DNA from: Patescibacteria group bacterium
GTDB taxonomy: Bacteria > Patescibacteriota > Minisyncoccia > UBA6257 > GWB1-50-10
Assembly: GCA_040757555.1 (NCBI GenBank)
Contig: JBFLWN010000005.1
Coordinates: forward strand, 8,045 to 72,044
DNA: 64,000 nucleotides
Direction of reading: 5' to 3'
Shown: positions 1-8,814 of the stretch, piece by piece
Position numbering within the stretch: the first letter of the stretch is position 1
How the letters are laid out: the number at the start of each line of letters is the position of its first letter
Notes under the pieces: model-generated
Databases searched by the model: none
What the model was told of the DNA's origin: nothing
Seen by the model: the letters and a program-made list of their open reading frames with translations, nothing else
Program-made: the position numbers and the translations under genes

Positions 1-2098
1 CATTCCCCTCCCTTTTTATTGTCACTTCCACGGTTCCATTTTCTCCGGTATATTTTACCGCGTTTGAAATGAGATTTTGAAAAATAATTCTTGTAAGGCC
101 TTGGTCAAGAAGGAGAACCGGAATGGTGTTATCGTAAAATTCTTTTACCTTTAATTTCTTTTCTTCTATTTTTTGTGAAAGTTCTTTTATGATCTCCTGA
201 GAAATTTCTATAATATTTGTCGGTTGTGGATCAATCGCAAATGTACCCAGATCGATTCGAGAAACATTTAAAAGCGCTGTCACAAGTTGACCCATTCGTT
301 TACTCCCTCGATATACTTCGCCAAGATAGTCTTTTTGTTTTTTATTTAATTTTCCCACATCGCCGTCAAGTAACATCTCGGTGTACCAATTCATTGTAGA
401 AAGCGGAGTTCTTAATTGATGTGATGCAATAGAAACAAATTCTGTTTTTGCTCGATCAATCTTTTTATGCTCAGTGATATCTCTTTCAACTCCGACAAAA
501 AACGCAATTTCTCCAACTTTATTAAGAACGGGTGAAACAGAAATTACCGCGTCATATAATTCTCCATTTTTTCTTTTGTTTCTTATTTCTCCGATGAATG
601 TCTGTTTCTTGTTTTTTATAGTGTCCCAAAAATTTTTATAAAATTCGTCTGACATTGGTGCCTTCCATAAAGTCCCCGCCTTTTTTCCAATTGCTTCTTC
701 TGGATCATAACCCGTAATTCTTTTTATGGCTTTATTTCCGTATAACACAATTCCTTCTTGGTCGGTGATAACAATATGATCAGATACGCTATCTACCGCC
801 AATTTGAACTTCTGGAGGTCGCTTGCGAGGTTTTCGGCTCGTTGCTTTTCGATATCAATATCCTCTAAAATATTTGCAAGTGATTTTCGTTGTTCTTCCA
901 AATACTTGTCTCTTTCTACCAACTCTTTTGTTTTTTCTATAACCTCCCGCTTGGTGTTATTATCCGATTCTTTTATTTTCTTTATCATTATATTTATAGC
1001 GCTATCGAGATTATTGAATTCTTTTATATTTGTTTCTATTTTTGTGTCTACAGAATAATTACCGTTGCCAATTTCCTCAATTTTTTTATTTATTTTTCCA
1101 AAGGGTTTTAAAATTCTTCTTACCACAAGAAAAATAATCAATACGGAAAGCACCGTTGTTGCCAAAACAAAAAGACCGAGATTTGTAGTAAGATCTGTTA
1201 TTGGTTGCATCGCCTCGTTGAGTTTTTTCTCAAACACTATATAAAATGGAAATCCATCTATCTTAGAAACGTTTAAATATTCCAATGCCTTATCTTCATC
1301 ATCGTAGATTTCCTTTTCCCATATTCCTTGTATGTCGAACAAATTATTCTGGATATCATCATATCCCAATGCATCAACCACCTTCCCCCCATAGCGTTCT
1401 TTATTCGCAGTCTCTTTTTTTATTTCACTTATTGACCCGATACTCTTAAACAGATCCTCATTATTAGTCGAATAAAACACAATGCCGAAATTATCAATAA
1501 GCATCACCTCAAGATCCTTCGTAATATTGCTGAAGTTTAGAAGCTCCGAAAGATAGGTGGGATCAATTTTTATTACTGCAACACTAAAAATTTCACCTTC
1601 TTTGTTTTTTATTGGCTTGGAAAAATAAAGACCCAACTCATTGGTAACTGCCCCAAATGCAACATCAATCCCATGCTTCCCGGAAATTGCATCAACGAAA
1701 TAATTTCTGTATGAAAAGTCCTTTTGTAGCAACCGTTCATCTGTGGTGCTAATGACAAGACCAGTCTTGTCCATGATATAGACCGCCAAAAAGTGATCAT
1801 TGTGCTGATATCCCTTCAATACACTTACCATATCTCCATATTTGTACTTTTTCGGTTCCTCAATATATGACACTATCATTTCATCTCCGGCAAGTTTGGT
1901 TATGGTGTACTGAATATCCTTTAAAGCCGCATCTAGATCCCTGGATTTATCGATAATTAAACTTTTTGAGTTTTCTTCAAGATTATTTTTTAAAATATCT
2001 CCCGCATAATAAAAAACAAAAAGTGATGCCACTGTTCCAAAGAATATAACAATAAGGGTGGAAAAAATAAGTATCCTGTTACTGATCGTCGTTTTCAT
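1..2098 (-). CDS. Sensor histidine kinase (TM, Cache-like periplasmic domain, HAMP, PAS, HisKA, HATPase_c); 3' end runs off window start
   Basis: Manual translation from ATG at 2096-2098 gives an uninterrupted minus-strand frame to position 1 (MKTTISNRILIFSTLIVIF...). HisKA H-box SHQLRTPLST and a HATPase region are present. Absent from the ORF track because there is no stop in the window. Confidence 0.7.
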   Translation of the reverse strand, partial: MKTTISNRILIFSTLIVIFFGTVASLFVFYYAGDILKNNLEENSKSLIIDKSRDLDAALKDIQYTITKLAGDEMIVSYIEEPKKYKYGDMVSVLKGYQHNDHFLAVYIMDKTGLVISTTDERLLQKDFSYRNYFVDAISGKHGIDVAFGAVTNELGLYFSKPIKNKEGEIFSVAVIKIDPTYLSELLNFSNITKDLEVMLIDNFGIVFYSTNNEDLFKSIGSISEIKKETANKERYGGKVVDALGYDDIQNNLFDIQGIWEKEIYDDEDKALEYLNVSKIDGFPFYIVFEKKLNEAMQPITDLTTNLGLFVLATTVLSVLIIFLVVRRILKPFGKINKKIEEIGNGNYSVDTKIETNIKEFNNLDSAINIMIKKIKESDNNTKREVIEKTKELVERDKYLEEQRKSLANILEDIDIEKQRAENLASDLQKFKLAVDSVSDHIVITDQEGIVLYGNKAIKRITGYDPEEAIGKKAGTLWKAPMSDEFYKNFWDTIKNKKQTFIGEIRNKRKNGELYDAVISVSPVLNKVGEIAFFVGVERDITEHKKIDRAKTEFVSIASHQLRTPLSTMNWYTEMLLDGDVGKLNKKQKDYLGEVYRGSKRMGQLVTALLNVSRIDLGTFAIDPQPTNIIEISQEIIKELSQKIEEKKLKVKEFYDNTIPVLLLDQGLTRIIFQNLISNAVKYTGENGTVEVTIKREGN

Positions 2099-2112
2099 TA
2101 TATTTTTTAAAA

Positions 2113-2502
2113 TTATCTTATATATTTTTTTACTCTTTCAATCATCTCTTGTATCGAAATATTCGCTTTAATAAGATAATCGGACGCGCCAAGTTTTTTA
2201 GCTTTACTCACATCTTCATCTTGGCCAAGATTAGAGACCATGATAACGGGGATATGCAGAAGGTCTGGATCTGACTTAAGTATTTTCAATGTATCAAAAC
2301 CATTCTGGATCGGCATGATAATATCCAGAAGAATTAATTGTGGATCTTTTTGTTTTGCAATTTCGAGAACTTCTCTCCCATTACTCGCCAAAAACACAAC
2401 ATATCCCTCTTTTTCTAACTTGAGACGAAAAATATTCGCATAATTTTTATCATCTTCACCTACCAATATTTTATTTTTTTTAGGAACTATTTTGTTTTCC
2501 AT
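2113..2502 (-). CDS. Response regulator, receiver domain only (CheY-like)
   Basis: 129 aa; ILVGEDD...LLDIIMP...SNLGQDED...KLGASDYLIK receiver motifs; no output domain. Confidence 0.85.
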   Translation of the reverse strand: MENKIVPKKNKILVGEDDKNYANIFRLKLEKEGYVVFLASNGREVLEIAKQKDPQLILLDIIMPIQNGFDTLKILKSDPDLLHIPVIMVSNLGQDEDVSKAKKLGASDYLIKANISIQEMIERVKKYIR

Positions 2503-2505
2503 ATA

Positions 2506-3870
2506 TTATTTAAGAATAGGAATCGAGAAATAAAATGTTGAACCTTTATTTTCTACACTTTCAAACCATATGCGCCCCCCCCATCTCTCTATATATGATC
2601 TTACAATAAAAAGACCGAGACCTGAACCATCGGGAACACTCAAAATTGCACGAGATCCCCTAAAAAATCGGGAAAAGACCTTTTCTTTCTCGTTATCGGG
2701 GATACCCATTCCAGTATCAGAAACAGATATAATAATTTCGTTTTTTCTGTCTTCTATAATAATGGAAATTGAACCACGAGAAACATTATAACGAATCGCA
2801 TTTCCAATTATATTTTGAATAACATCGCGAAATCGTCTTGGATCAACAATAACATCGATGAGGATATATTTTTTTACATCAAAAGAAACAGAGATCTCCA
2901 TTTTTTCGATTTCTGAAATATATTCTTGAATGACCGATTGAATAATCGGTCCCAAAAGAACGTGTTCTGGACGATCGTCGAATCTCCCCTCTTCAATATG
3001 AGAAATGTTTAAGAGGTCATTTACGAGTCCAATTGCTCGTTTATTTGTTTCATATATGTTTTGGATGATCGATTTCACTGCTTCGGGAAATGAGGTGCCC
3101 ATTTCTTCCATGAGAAGTTCGATATTCCACCGAATTGATCCGAGAGGAGTTCTTAATTGATGTGCTGCCACCGATATGAAACCGCTTTTCATCTCATCTA
3201 TCTCCTTTTCTTTAGTGATATCTCTCAGTGCAATAACCGTCCCATGAAGTACTCCCTGAATAATTACGGGAGAGATATTTAAAGACACGGGAATTTTCTT
3301 CTGAGATCCTTCCTTCTTGAGGTAAAAAAATCCCTTTGGTTTGGTAAGAAATGGAACCGCATCTTCTTTTAAGAAAAATAATTTTTGTAAAGGATGGGTA
3401 CTTTTTGAAATTTTCTTTTCTCTTTCGTCGTACAATCCAATAAATTCAAATATATTCTTCCTCTTCCATTCGTTTTCTTCACACATAAGAATGTGCTCAG
3501 CCTGCGGATTCAAAAAAACAATAATCCCTTTCTCATCGGTCGCAATAATTCCATCTGCAATACTCTTTAATAGCGCCTCGTCTAACTTTTGTTTTTCCTC
3601 AACAGATTCTTTCTCATGACGTACAATGAGAAACGCCTGTACGGTAAGCAACATACTTCCTACAAAAACAAAGATCCCCGAAATACTAGAAAGAAGTTCT
3701 GAAGTAAGATCAGGATTAAAATAAATAAGAAAACGAATTGTGCGTTCCGCAAAACCCGAGACTCCCCATAACCCAAGAAATATCATAAGAAAAGACACCG
3801 TCATGAGTCCTGCGTGTTGACGGGAAACTTCTGAATTAGAAAAGAATCTCCTTTTTGTTAAACGTCGCAT
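2506..3870 (-). CDS. Sensor histidine kinase (2 TM, PAS, HisKA, HATPase_c)
   Basis: 454 aa; H-box VAAHQLRTPLGSI; N/G boxes (GNAIRYN, DTGMGIP, GSGLGL). Confidence 0.85.
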   Translation of the reverse strand: MRRLTKRRFFSNSEVSRQHAGLMTVSFLMIFLGLWGVSGFAERTIRFLIYFNPDLTSELLSSISGIFVFVGSMLLTVQAFLIVRHEKESVEEKQKLDEALLKSIADGIIATDEKGIIVFLNPQAEHILMCEENEWKRKNIFEFIGLYDEREKKISKSTHPLQKLFFLKEDAVPFLTKPKGFFYLKKEGSQKKIPVSLNISPVIIQGVLHGTVIALRDITKEKEIDEMKSGFISVAAHQLRTPLGSIRWNIELLMEEMGTSFPEAVKSIIQNIYETNKRAIGLVNDLLNISHIEEGRFDDRPEHVLLGPIIQSVIQEYISEIEKMEISVSFDVKKYILIDVIVDPRRFRDVIQNIIGNAIRYNVSRGSISIIIEDRKNEIIISVSDTGMGIPDNEKEKVFSRFFRGSRAILSVPDGSGLGLFIVRSYIERWGGRIWFESVENKGSTFYFSIPILK

Positions 3871-3876
3871 TTATTA

Positions 3877-4338
3877 TTAGCGAGTAGCATTAATAACGGC
3901 CCCTTGCTCAGCACGTGGTGCACATACCGTCACACGATTTGTTGCATCCTTCGAGATGCTATATCCGGTACCATATGTCGAAGTCGAACCTGTTGGATCT
4001 ATGGGAATTGATACAAGGTATTTTTTACTGTTGGTAAGAACTGAAAGATCAACAAGATTTGTGCAAATTCCATCCATCTTACAAATTTCCGTTGTCGCGG
4101 CTATTCCACAATCTGAGTTAAGAGGGATTGTTGAGGGAATTGTTCCCGAGTTATCGATTGCATATTGATATACCGCGTTCAATATTGTATTCACGTCAGC
4201 CTTCCGCTGTGTATTTTTTGTATCTGCAAGTTGTTTTCCAGGATTGATGGCAAGGATGATAATACCGGCGAGAATCGCGATGATTGCAACAACTAATAAT
4301 ACTTCGAGAAGTGTGAATCCATCTTGTTTTTTGTTCAT
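3877..4338 (-). CDS. Type IV pilin (class III signal peptide, G|FTLLE)
   Basis: Internal start MNKKQDGFTLLEVLLVVAIIAILAGII at 4338; prepilin cleavage motif; Cys pairs in the C-terminal half. Confidence 0.8.
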   Translation of the reverse strand: MNKKQDGFTLLEVLLVVAIIAILAGIIILAINPGKQLADTKNTQRKADVNTILNAVYQYAIDNSGTIPSTIPLNSDCGIAATTEICKMDGICTNLVDLSVLTNSKKYLVSIPIDPTGSTSTYGTGYSISKDATNRVTVCAPRAEQGAVINATR

Positions 4339-4445
4339 AATAATAGAATCTTCTGCGACTTGTCCTTTTATTTTACCATATTCTGCGCTAAAAAACGGAA
4401 AAACCCACATATATTATGCAGGTTTCTTCGTATTATTATGTATCC

Positions 4446-4904
4446 TTATCGAGTAACTGTTATGGTTTGAGAATTTTCTGCGTGGGGAGCGGTGACAGTG
4501 ATTCTTGAATTTGCTGTCTTCAAAATACTGTATCCGGTACCCACAGTGGATGTCGATTGTGGGTCGACTGGAATTGCAGTCAAATATTTTTCATTGAGTG
4601 CGAGTGTATCAGTCAGATTTACTAGAGATGTACAAGATGAAGTTGCAATCGTGCTTCTACAGATTTCTGTGGTGGTGGTAGTCACTGTTGAGGGAATTGT
4701 TCCTGAATTATCGATCGCATATTGATATACGGCATTCAATATCGTATTTACATCTGCTTTTCTCTGGGTATTCCTTGCATCCGCAAGTTGTTTTCCGGGA
4801 TTGATTGCGAGAATCACGATACCCGCAAGAATTGCGATAATTGCAACGACTAATAATACTTCGAGTAAGGTAAACCCATTTTGTTTTTTGTTGTATGTTT
4901 TCAT
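4446..4904 (-). CDS. Type IV pilin paralog (tandem duplicate of 3877..4338)
   Basis: MKTYNKKQNGFTLLEVLLVVAIIAILAGIV; N-terminal ~70 aa nearly identical to the neighbouring pilin; C-terminus divergent and Thr-rich. Alternative start at 4928. Confidence 0.8.
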   Translation of the reverse strand: MKTYNKKQNGFTLLEVLLVVAIIAILAGIVILAINPGKQLADARNTQRKADVNTILNAVYQYAIDNSGTIPSTVTTTTTEICRSTIATSSCTSLVNLTDTLALNEKYLTAIPVDPQSTSTVGTGYSILKTANSRITVTAPHAENSQTITVTR

Positions 4905-4912
4905 TTTTAATT

Positions 4913-5329
4913 TTAATTTTCCTGCCACGACAAAATTTGAATTGTAGGACTTATTTGATTAATTTGAATATTTATTTTTCGAACAATGGTTCCTACAGTG
5001 CTTGATGAAATAATAGTACGATTTGATCCCCCACCATTCGTTACTGAATATCCACACGTCCCCTGTCCCAAAGTAAGTGTGCCCGAACTCGCAAAAGAGG
5101 GAGAATCATGTATCTGCTGAAGCGCTTCCTCAGCACATGCGTTTGCCAATCCTTTTGCTTGATTCGACTTTTCATTTGCAAAACTTGTTTGCGATGACCC
5201 CACACCAAGCAATATGACAGAAACAGCAATTGCGACACCAATAGCCCCCGCCACCAAAACACTCACTAATGTAATATATCCACCTACTCCGTCATTATAA
5301 CAAATATTATCTTTAAAATTAAAATGCAT
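4913..5329 (-). CDS. Pilus-associated protein with prepilin-like hydrophobic N-terminus lacking Glu5 (minor pilin / assembly component)
   Basis: 138 aa; GGYITLVSVLVAGAIGVAIAV N-terminal segment; sits inside the pilus operon. Confidence 0.35.
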   Translation of the reverse strand: MHFNFKDNICYNDGVGGYITLVSVLVAGAIGVAIAVSVILLGVGSSQTSFANEKSNQAKGLANACAEEALQQIHDSPSFASSGTLTLGQGTCGYSVTNGGGSNRTIISSSTVGTIVRKINIQINQISPTIQILSWQEN

Positions 5330-5343
5330 AATGTTTTTTGTGT

Positions 5344-5886
5344 TTATCGAAGTGTTCCCGATGCGATAAATGTTTTTTGAAAATCATACTCGTTTACGTT
5401 ATTTGGATTCTTGTAGGAAAGGGTAAATTGGATACGGAGAGTTCCAGGAGTGCTTGGACGGGAAAGATTTTGAAATGTGAGATTGGAAGCGGTGATACGG
5501 GAATTGGTAAGTGAAACAGCTGCACCCGCGCCTTCAGTAAGGCGAATTGCTCCTCCAGAGAGATCAAAGATTGTTGGATTATTTGAGGGGACCGTAGTAT
5601 TTAAAGAAAGAGAAGGTGCATTTGTGCCTATACTTGGAGAATTAATGAGATCAGCGTTTCGAATGGTCTGCGTTATAATTTGCATTACTTGCAATCCCTG
5701 TTGCTCAACCTCTCCGATGGCTTGATTTTTAATGCGTGACCCCAGCAACATAGAGAGGAAAACAGATACCGCAACAACCAACACTGCGGAAAGCCCTACG
5801 TACAACAATAACTCAACGAGTGTAAACCCTCGATTGTTTTTTGAGTTTGTGCTGAAAAATTTCTTTGGATTAATATTTTTTTTCAT
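5344..5886 (-). CDS. Minor (pseudo)pilin, prepilin-type N-terminus
   Basis: RGFTLVELLLYVGLSAVLVV motif; 180 aa. Confidence 0.7.
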   Translation of the reverse strand: MKKNINPKKFFSTNSKNNRGFTLVELLLYVGLSAVLVVAVSVFLSMLLGSRIKNQAIGEVEQQGLQVMQIITQTIRNADLINSPSIGTNAPSLSLNTTVPSNNPTIFDLSGGAIRLTEGAGAAVSLTNSRITASNLTFQNLSRPSTPGTLRIQFTLSYKNPNNVNEYDFQKTFIASGTLR

Positions 5887-5888
5887 AG

Positions 5889-7280
5889 TTATGGTGCAAT
5901 CACACTAAGTTCCGCATTGTCGGTTATACCGACACAATATGCACGATCAGATATTTCGTCATACGCAACCCCATTGAATGTCGCACCATTGTATACTCCA
6001 ACTTGTATTGGAACACTCGGAATAGATATGTCGACTATTTCCAATTCACTTGGACCATTTGATTCGGCGAGAAACGCATATGCATTACCGTTTCCCATTG
6101 AAATATCATTAATGACAGCTCCTCCGGTAAACGATGCGACAAGTAGAGGACTCGTTGGAGTCGATATATCTACTATTCTAAGTGACGATCCTTGCCCAAC
6201 TAACAATGTTGAGCTCGCAAGGGCAATAGTTGTTGCATTCGTATTGCCGGCAAAATTTAATCCACTGAGATTAACCGGAGCTGATGGGACTGAAATATCT
6301 ATTATTTCTAACTCTTGCGCATTATCACCCGAAGCAAGATAGGCATAGTTTCCCGAAATAACTATTTCATATTCCGTTTGGCCGAGACTAAGCGATCCAA
6401 TGAGAGATGGCGTACCCGGATTGGAAACATCTATAACTATAAATGTGTCACCCCCTCCCGTATCACGACCAAGATATGCAGTCGAACCAACTACATAAAT
6501 TCCTACTCCATTTCCATTTCCTGGAGCATTATATGTTCCCACAACACTTGGAGAAACTGGGTTTGATATATCGATGATTTGCAATTCTTGGGCATTATCA
6601 TTATTTGTCACATATGCATAATTTCCCAAGACAAAAATATTATTCGGTGTTCCGGGAAGCGTGAGTGATCCGGCAAGTGATGGAAGAGAGGGGGTGCTGA
6701 TATCCACCACAATAAAATCCGGCGTACCGCCATTTCGTACAATATATGCATAATTACCTTGTACGGCTATTTTAAGACCATCATTTGTACCACTCGCATC
6801 ATATGTACCGACAAGCGTATTTGGATTTGCCCAATTTCCAATAACTATCGCCATCCAATTCGTAAGACGTGAAACAAGTGAAACCGAACCCGATCGTTGT
6901 TGATTTTGTTGCCAGGAGACATTTGAGGTAATCAATTTTCTTTTTGCATCAACGGTTGCAATGGTTATTTGGCGAGTGAAACCACCTATCGTATCCTGCG
7001 AACCCGAAAATATCCATTGATTACTTGACGTCGCAAGTCCATATGTTCCATCGACAAGATTTACGTACGATGCATCACGGATATTACGAACCACTTCCAA
7101 GCCCTCTTCTGCGAGTATCGTCGCTCGCACACGACTCCCTGAAAGTGCGGTTGACTCTTGACCATATAAATATGCACCAACAAGTCCGGTTACCAACAAT
7201 CCAAAAATTGTGGCCGCAAGAAGTGCTTCAATGGAAATAAAACCTCTTTTCAAATTAATAACTGACCATTCCTTTTGCAT
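5889..7280 (-). CDS. Prepilin-like protein fused to LVIVD-repeat beta-propeller domain (candidate pilus tip adhesin)
   Basis: Start MQKEWSVINLKRGFISIEALLAATIFGL at 7280 (26-nt overlap with upstream gene). About 6-7 tandem ~44-aa repeats GNYAY..NAQEL.IIDIS.P..P (LVIVD repeat signature). Confidence 0.7.
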   Translation of the reverse strand: MQKEWSVINLKRGFISIEALLAATIFGLLVTGLVGAYLYGQESTALSGSRVRATILAEEGLEVVRNIRDASYVNLVDGTYGLATSSNQWIFSGSQDTIGGFTRQITIATVDAKRKLITSNVSWQQNQQRSGSVSLVSRLTNWMAIVIGNWANPNTLVGTYDASGTNDGLKIAVQGNYAYIVRNGGTPDFIVVDISTPSLPSLAGSLTLPGTPNNIFVLGNYAYVTNNDNAQELQIIDISNPVSPSVVGTYNAPGNGNGVGIYVVGSTAYLGRDTGGGDTFIVIDVSNPGTPSLIGSLSLGQTEYEIVISGNYAYLASGDNAQELEIIDISVPSAPVNLSGLNFAGNTNATTIALASSTLLVGQGSSLRIVDISTPTSPLLVASFTGGAVINDISMGNGNAYAFLAESNGPSELEIVDISIPSVPIQVGVYNGATFNGVAYDEISDRAYCVGITDNAELSVIAP

Positions 7281-7698
7281 TAGTGATGATTGTTCTTGTT
7301 TCATTATTAATTGATGTAAATGTGAGTGTCCCCGTGCTTTGTGGGAGACCCGTGAAACGGCTGAATACATATTCCTGAGTTCCTGATGCAATAATATTTG
7401 TCGGAATAGTAAACACTTCATCAAATGTGGAATCACGACCCACGTAGTTTGGACCCTTAAAAAGAGTAATACTCCCGGATTGCGTGTGTGTACCCCAACT
7501 TGTATCGCCATCGGAAGCCTGGGCTAACAATTGGGCTCGCCGTAAACTTTGTGCAAGGGTCACTGTGGCAATATCGAGTTCATTTCTATTTTGAAACGAT
7601 TGAAAAATCGGAATTCCTGTCGCAACAATAACAGAAATAATCGCAAGCGAAAGTAATATTTCAATAAGGGTGAACCCTCTATTATGTGAAAAATACAT
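7255..7698 (-). CDS. Minor pilin (GspH/FimT-like prepilin)
   Basis: MYFSHNRGFTLIEILLSLAIISVIVA; 147 aa. Confidence 0.7.
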   Translation of the reverse strand: MYFSHNRGFTLIEILLSLAIISVIVATGIPIFQSFQNRNELDIATVTLAQSLRRAQLLAQASDGDTSWGTHTQSGSITLFKGPNYVGRDSTFDEVFTIPTNIIASGTQEYVFSRFTGLPQSTGTLTFTSINNETRTIITNAKGMVSY

Positions 7699-7710
7699 AC
7701 AATGGAAATC

Positions 7711-8811
7711 TTACGGATTTAGTCCTCCAAGGAGAGAATATAATGGCAATATCACTGCGAGAGCAATTCCCGCAACACCAATCCACACAATCACAAGAAG
7801 TATTGGCTCAAGAATTACAGAAAGATTTTTTGTCGTAATCTCGGTTTTTTCTTCAAAAATACTTCCGATGGTGGTAAATATTTTCGCCAAGTTTCCCGAT
7901 TGTTCTCCCGCAACAATCATTTGTTGTATGGGAACCGGAATTAATCTTTTTGTGTAGGGGAATGTAGAAAAACTTTTTTTGAAAGAATTCCCCTCCTCAA
8001 TTTCTTTTCGAATATAATCGAAAAACATTTGATACCTTCGAAATCCCGTCACTTCACTCAATGAACTTAACGCGTCAGTTAAGGATAGTCCGGCATTTAA
8101 AAGTGTTCCAAGCATATATCCAAAACGTGCGATTTCGATTTCTTTCACCAATTTTCCGATTGCAGGAAAAAGAAATAATACATCCTGTCCAATATGTTTT
8201 GTTTTTTTGAATATAAAGAGAAAAAACCAAAGAATGAATAACACAGCAACAAAAATGGGTATCACAATATATCCATATGTTCCCAAATAGGTTCCTACAT
8301 TAATAAGCATGCGGGTAAGAACCGGAAGATCCAAACGTAATCCTGAGAATACGGAAGCAAGTTTAGGAAGTATAAACCACGTGATCCCAATACCGATCAC
8401 GACAGTGAGAGAAAATACGATTCCCGGGTAAAGCATCGCTGAGCGTATTTTTGATTTAAACACGCGATCTTTTCGTTCTTGAGAAATTATCACTTTGAAA
8501 TTTTCTGATAATCTTCCCGTTTCTTCCCCGATGCGGAGAAGAGCAATCACATTTGTGGAAAATATATTGGTATGGTCGAGTACTTTCCATAATGAAACCC
8601 CCGCATCAATCTCCTCTTTCATAAAGTCTATCATCTCTTTCATGGCTTTTGACTTACTTTCCGATTTAATTGCTTCAAGCGCAACCATAATATTCATTCC
8701 GGAAGAAATGAGGAGAGAAATATTCTCTATAAAATAGGCCCGCTCATCCTTGGTGATGCGTGCAAGCGAAAAGAAAGAGAAAAAATTTTTTTGTTTTCTG
8801 TTTTTTTCCAT
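7711..8811 (-). CDS. pilC: Type IV pilus inner-membrane platform protein PilC (T2SS-F family)
   Basis: 366 aa; two GspF-type repeats; polytopic membrane protein. Confidence 0.85.
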   Translation of the reverse strand: MEKNRKQKNFFSFFSLARITKDERAYFIENISLLISSGMNIMVALEAIKSESKSKAMKEMIDFMKEEIDAGVSLWKVLDHTNIFSTNVIALLRIGEETGRLSENFKVIISQERKDRVFKSKIRSAMLYPGIVFSLTVVIGIGITWFILPKLASVFSGLRLDLPVLTRMLINVGTYLGTYGYIVIPIFVAVLFILWFFLFIFKKTKHIGQDVLFLFPAIGKLVKEIEIARFGYMLGTLLNAGLSLTDALSSLSEVTGFRRYQMFFDYIRKEIEEGNSFKKSFSTFPYTKRLIPVPIQQMIVAGEQSGNLAKIFTTIGSIFEEKTEITTKNLSVILEPILLVIVWIGVAGIALAVILPLYSLLGGLNP

Positions 8812-8814
8812 TAT

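Noticed and set aside
5917-6566. Plus-strand ORFs inside the pilin-propeller gene
   Set aside because: Antisense shadows of the repeat-rich CDS.
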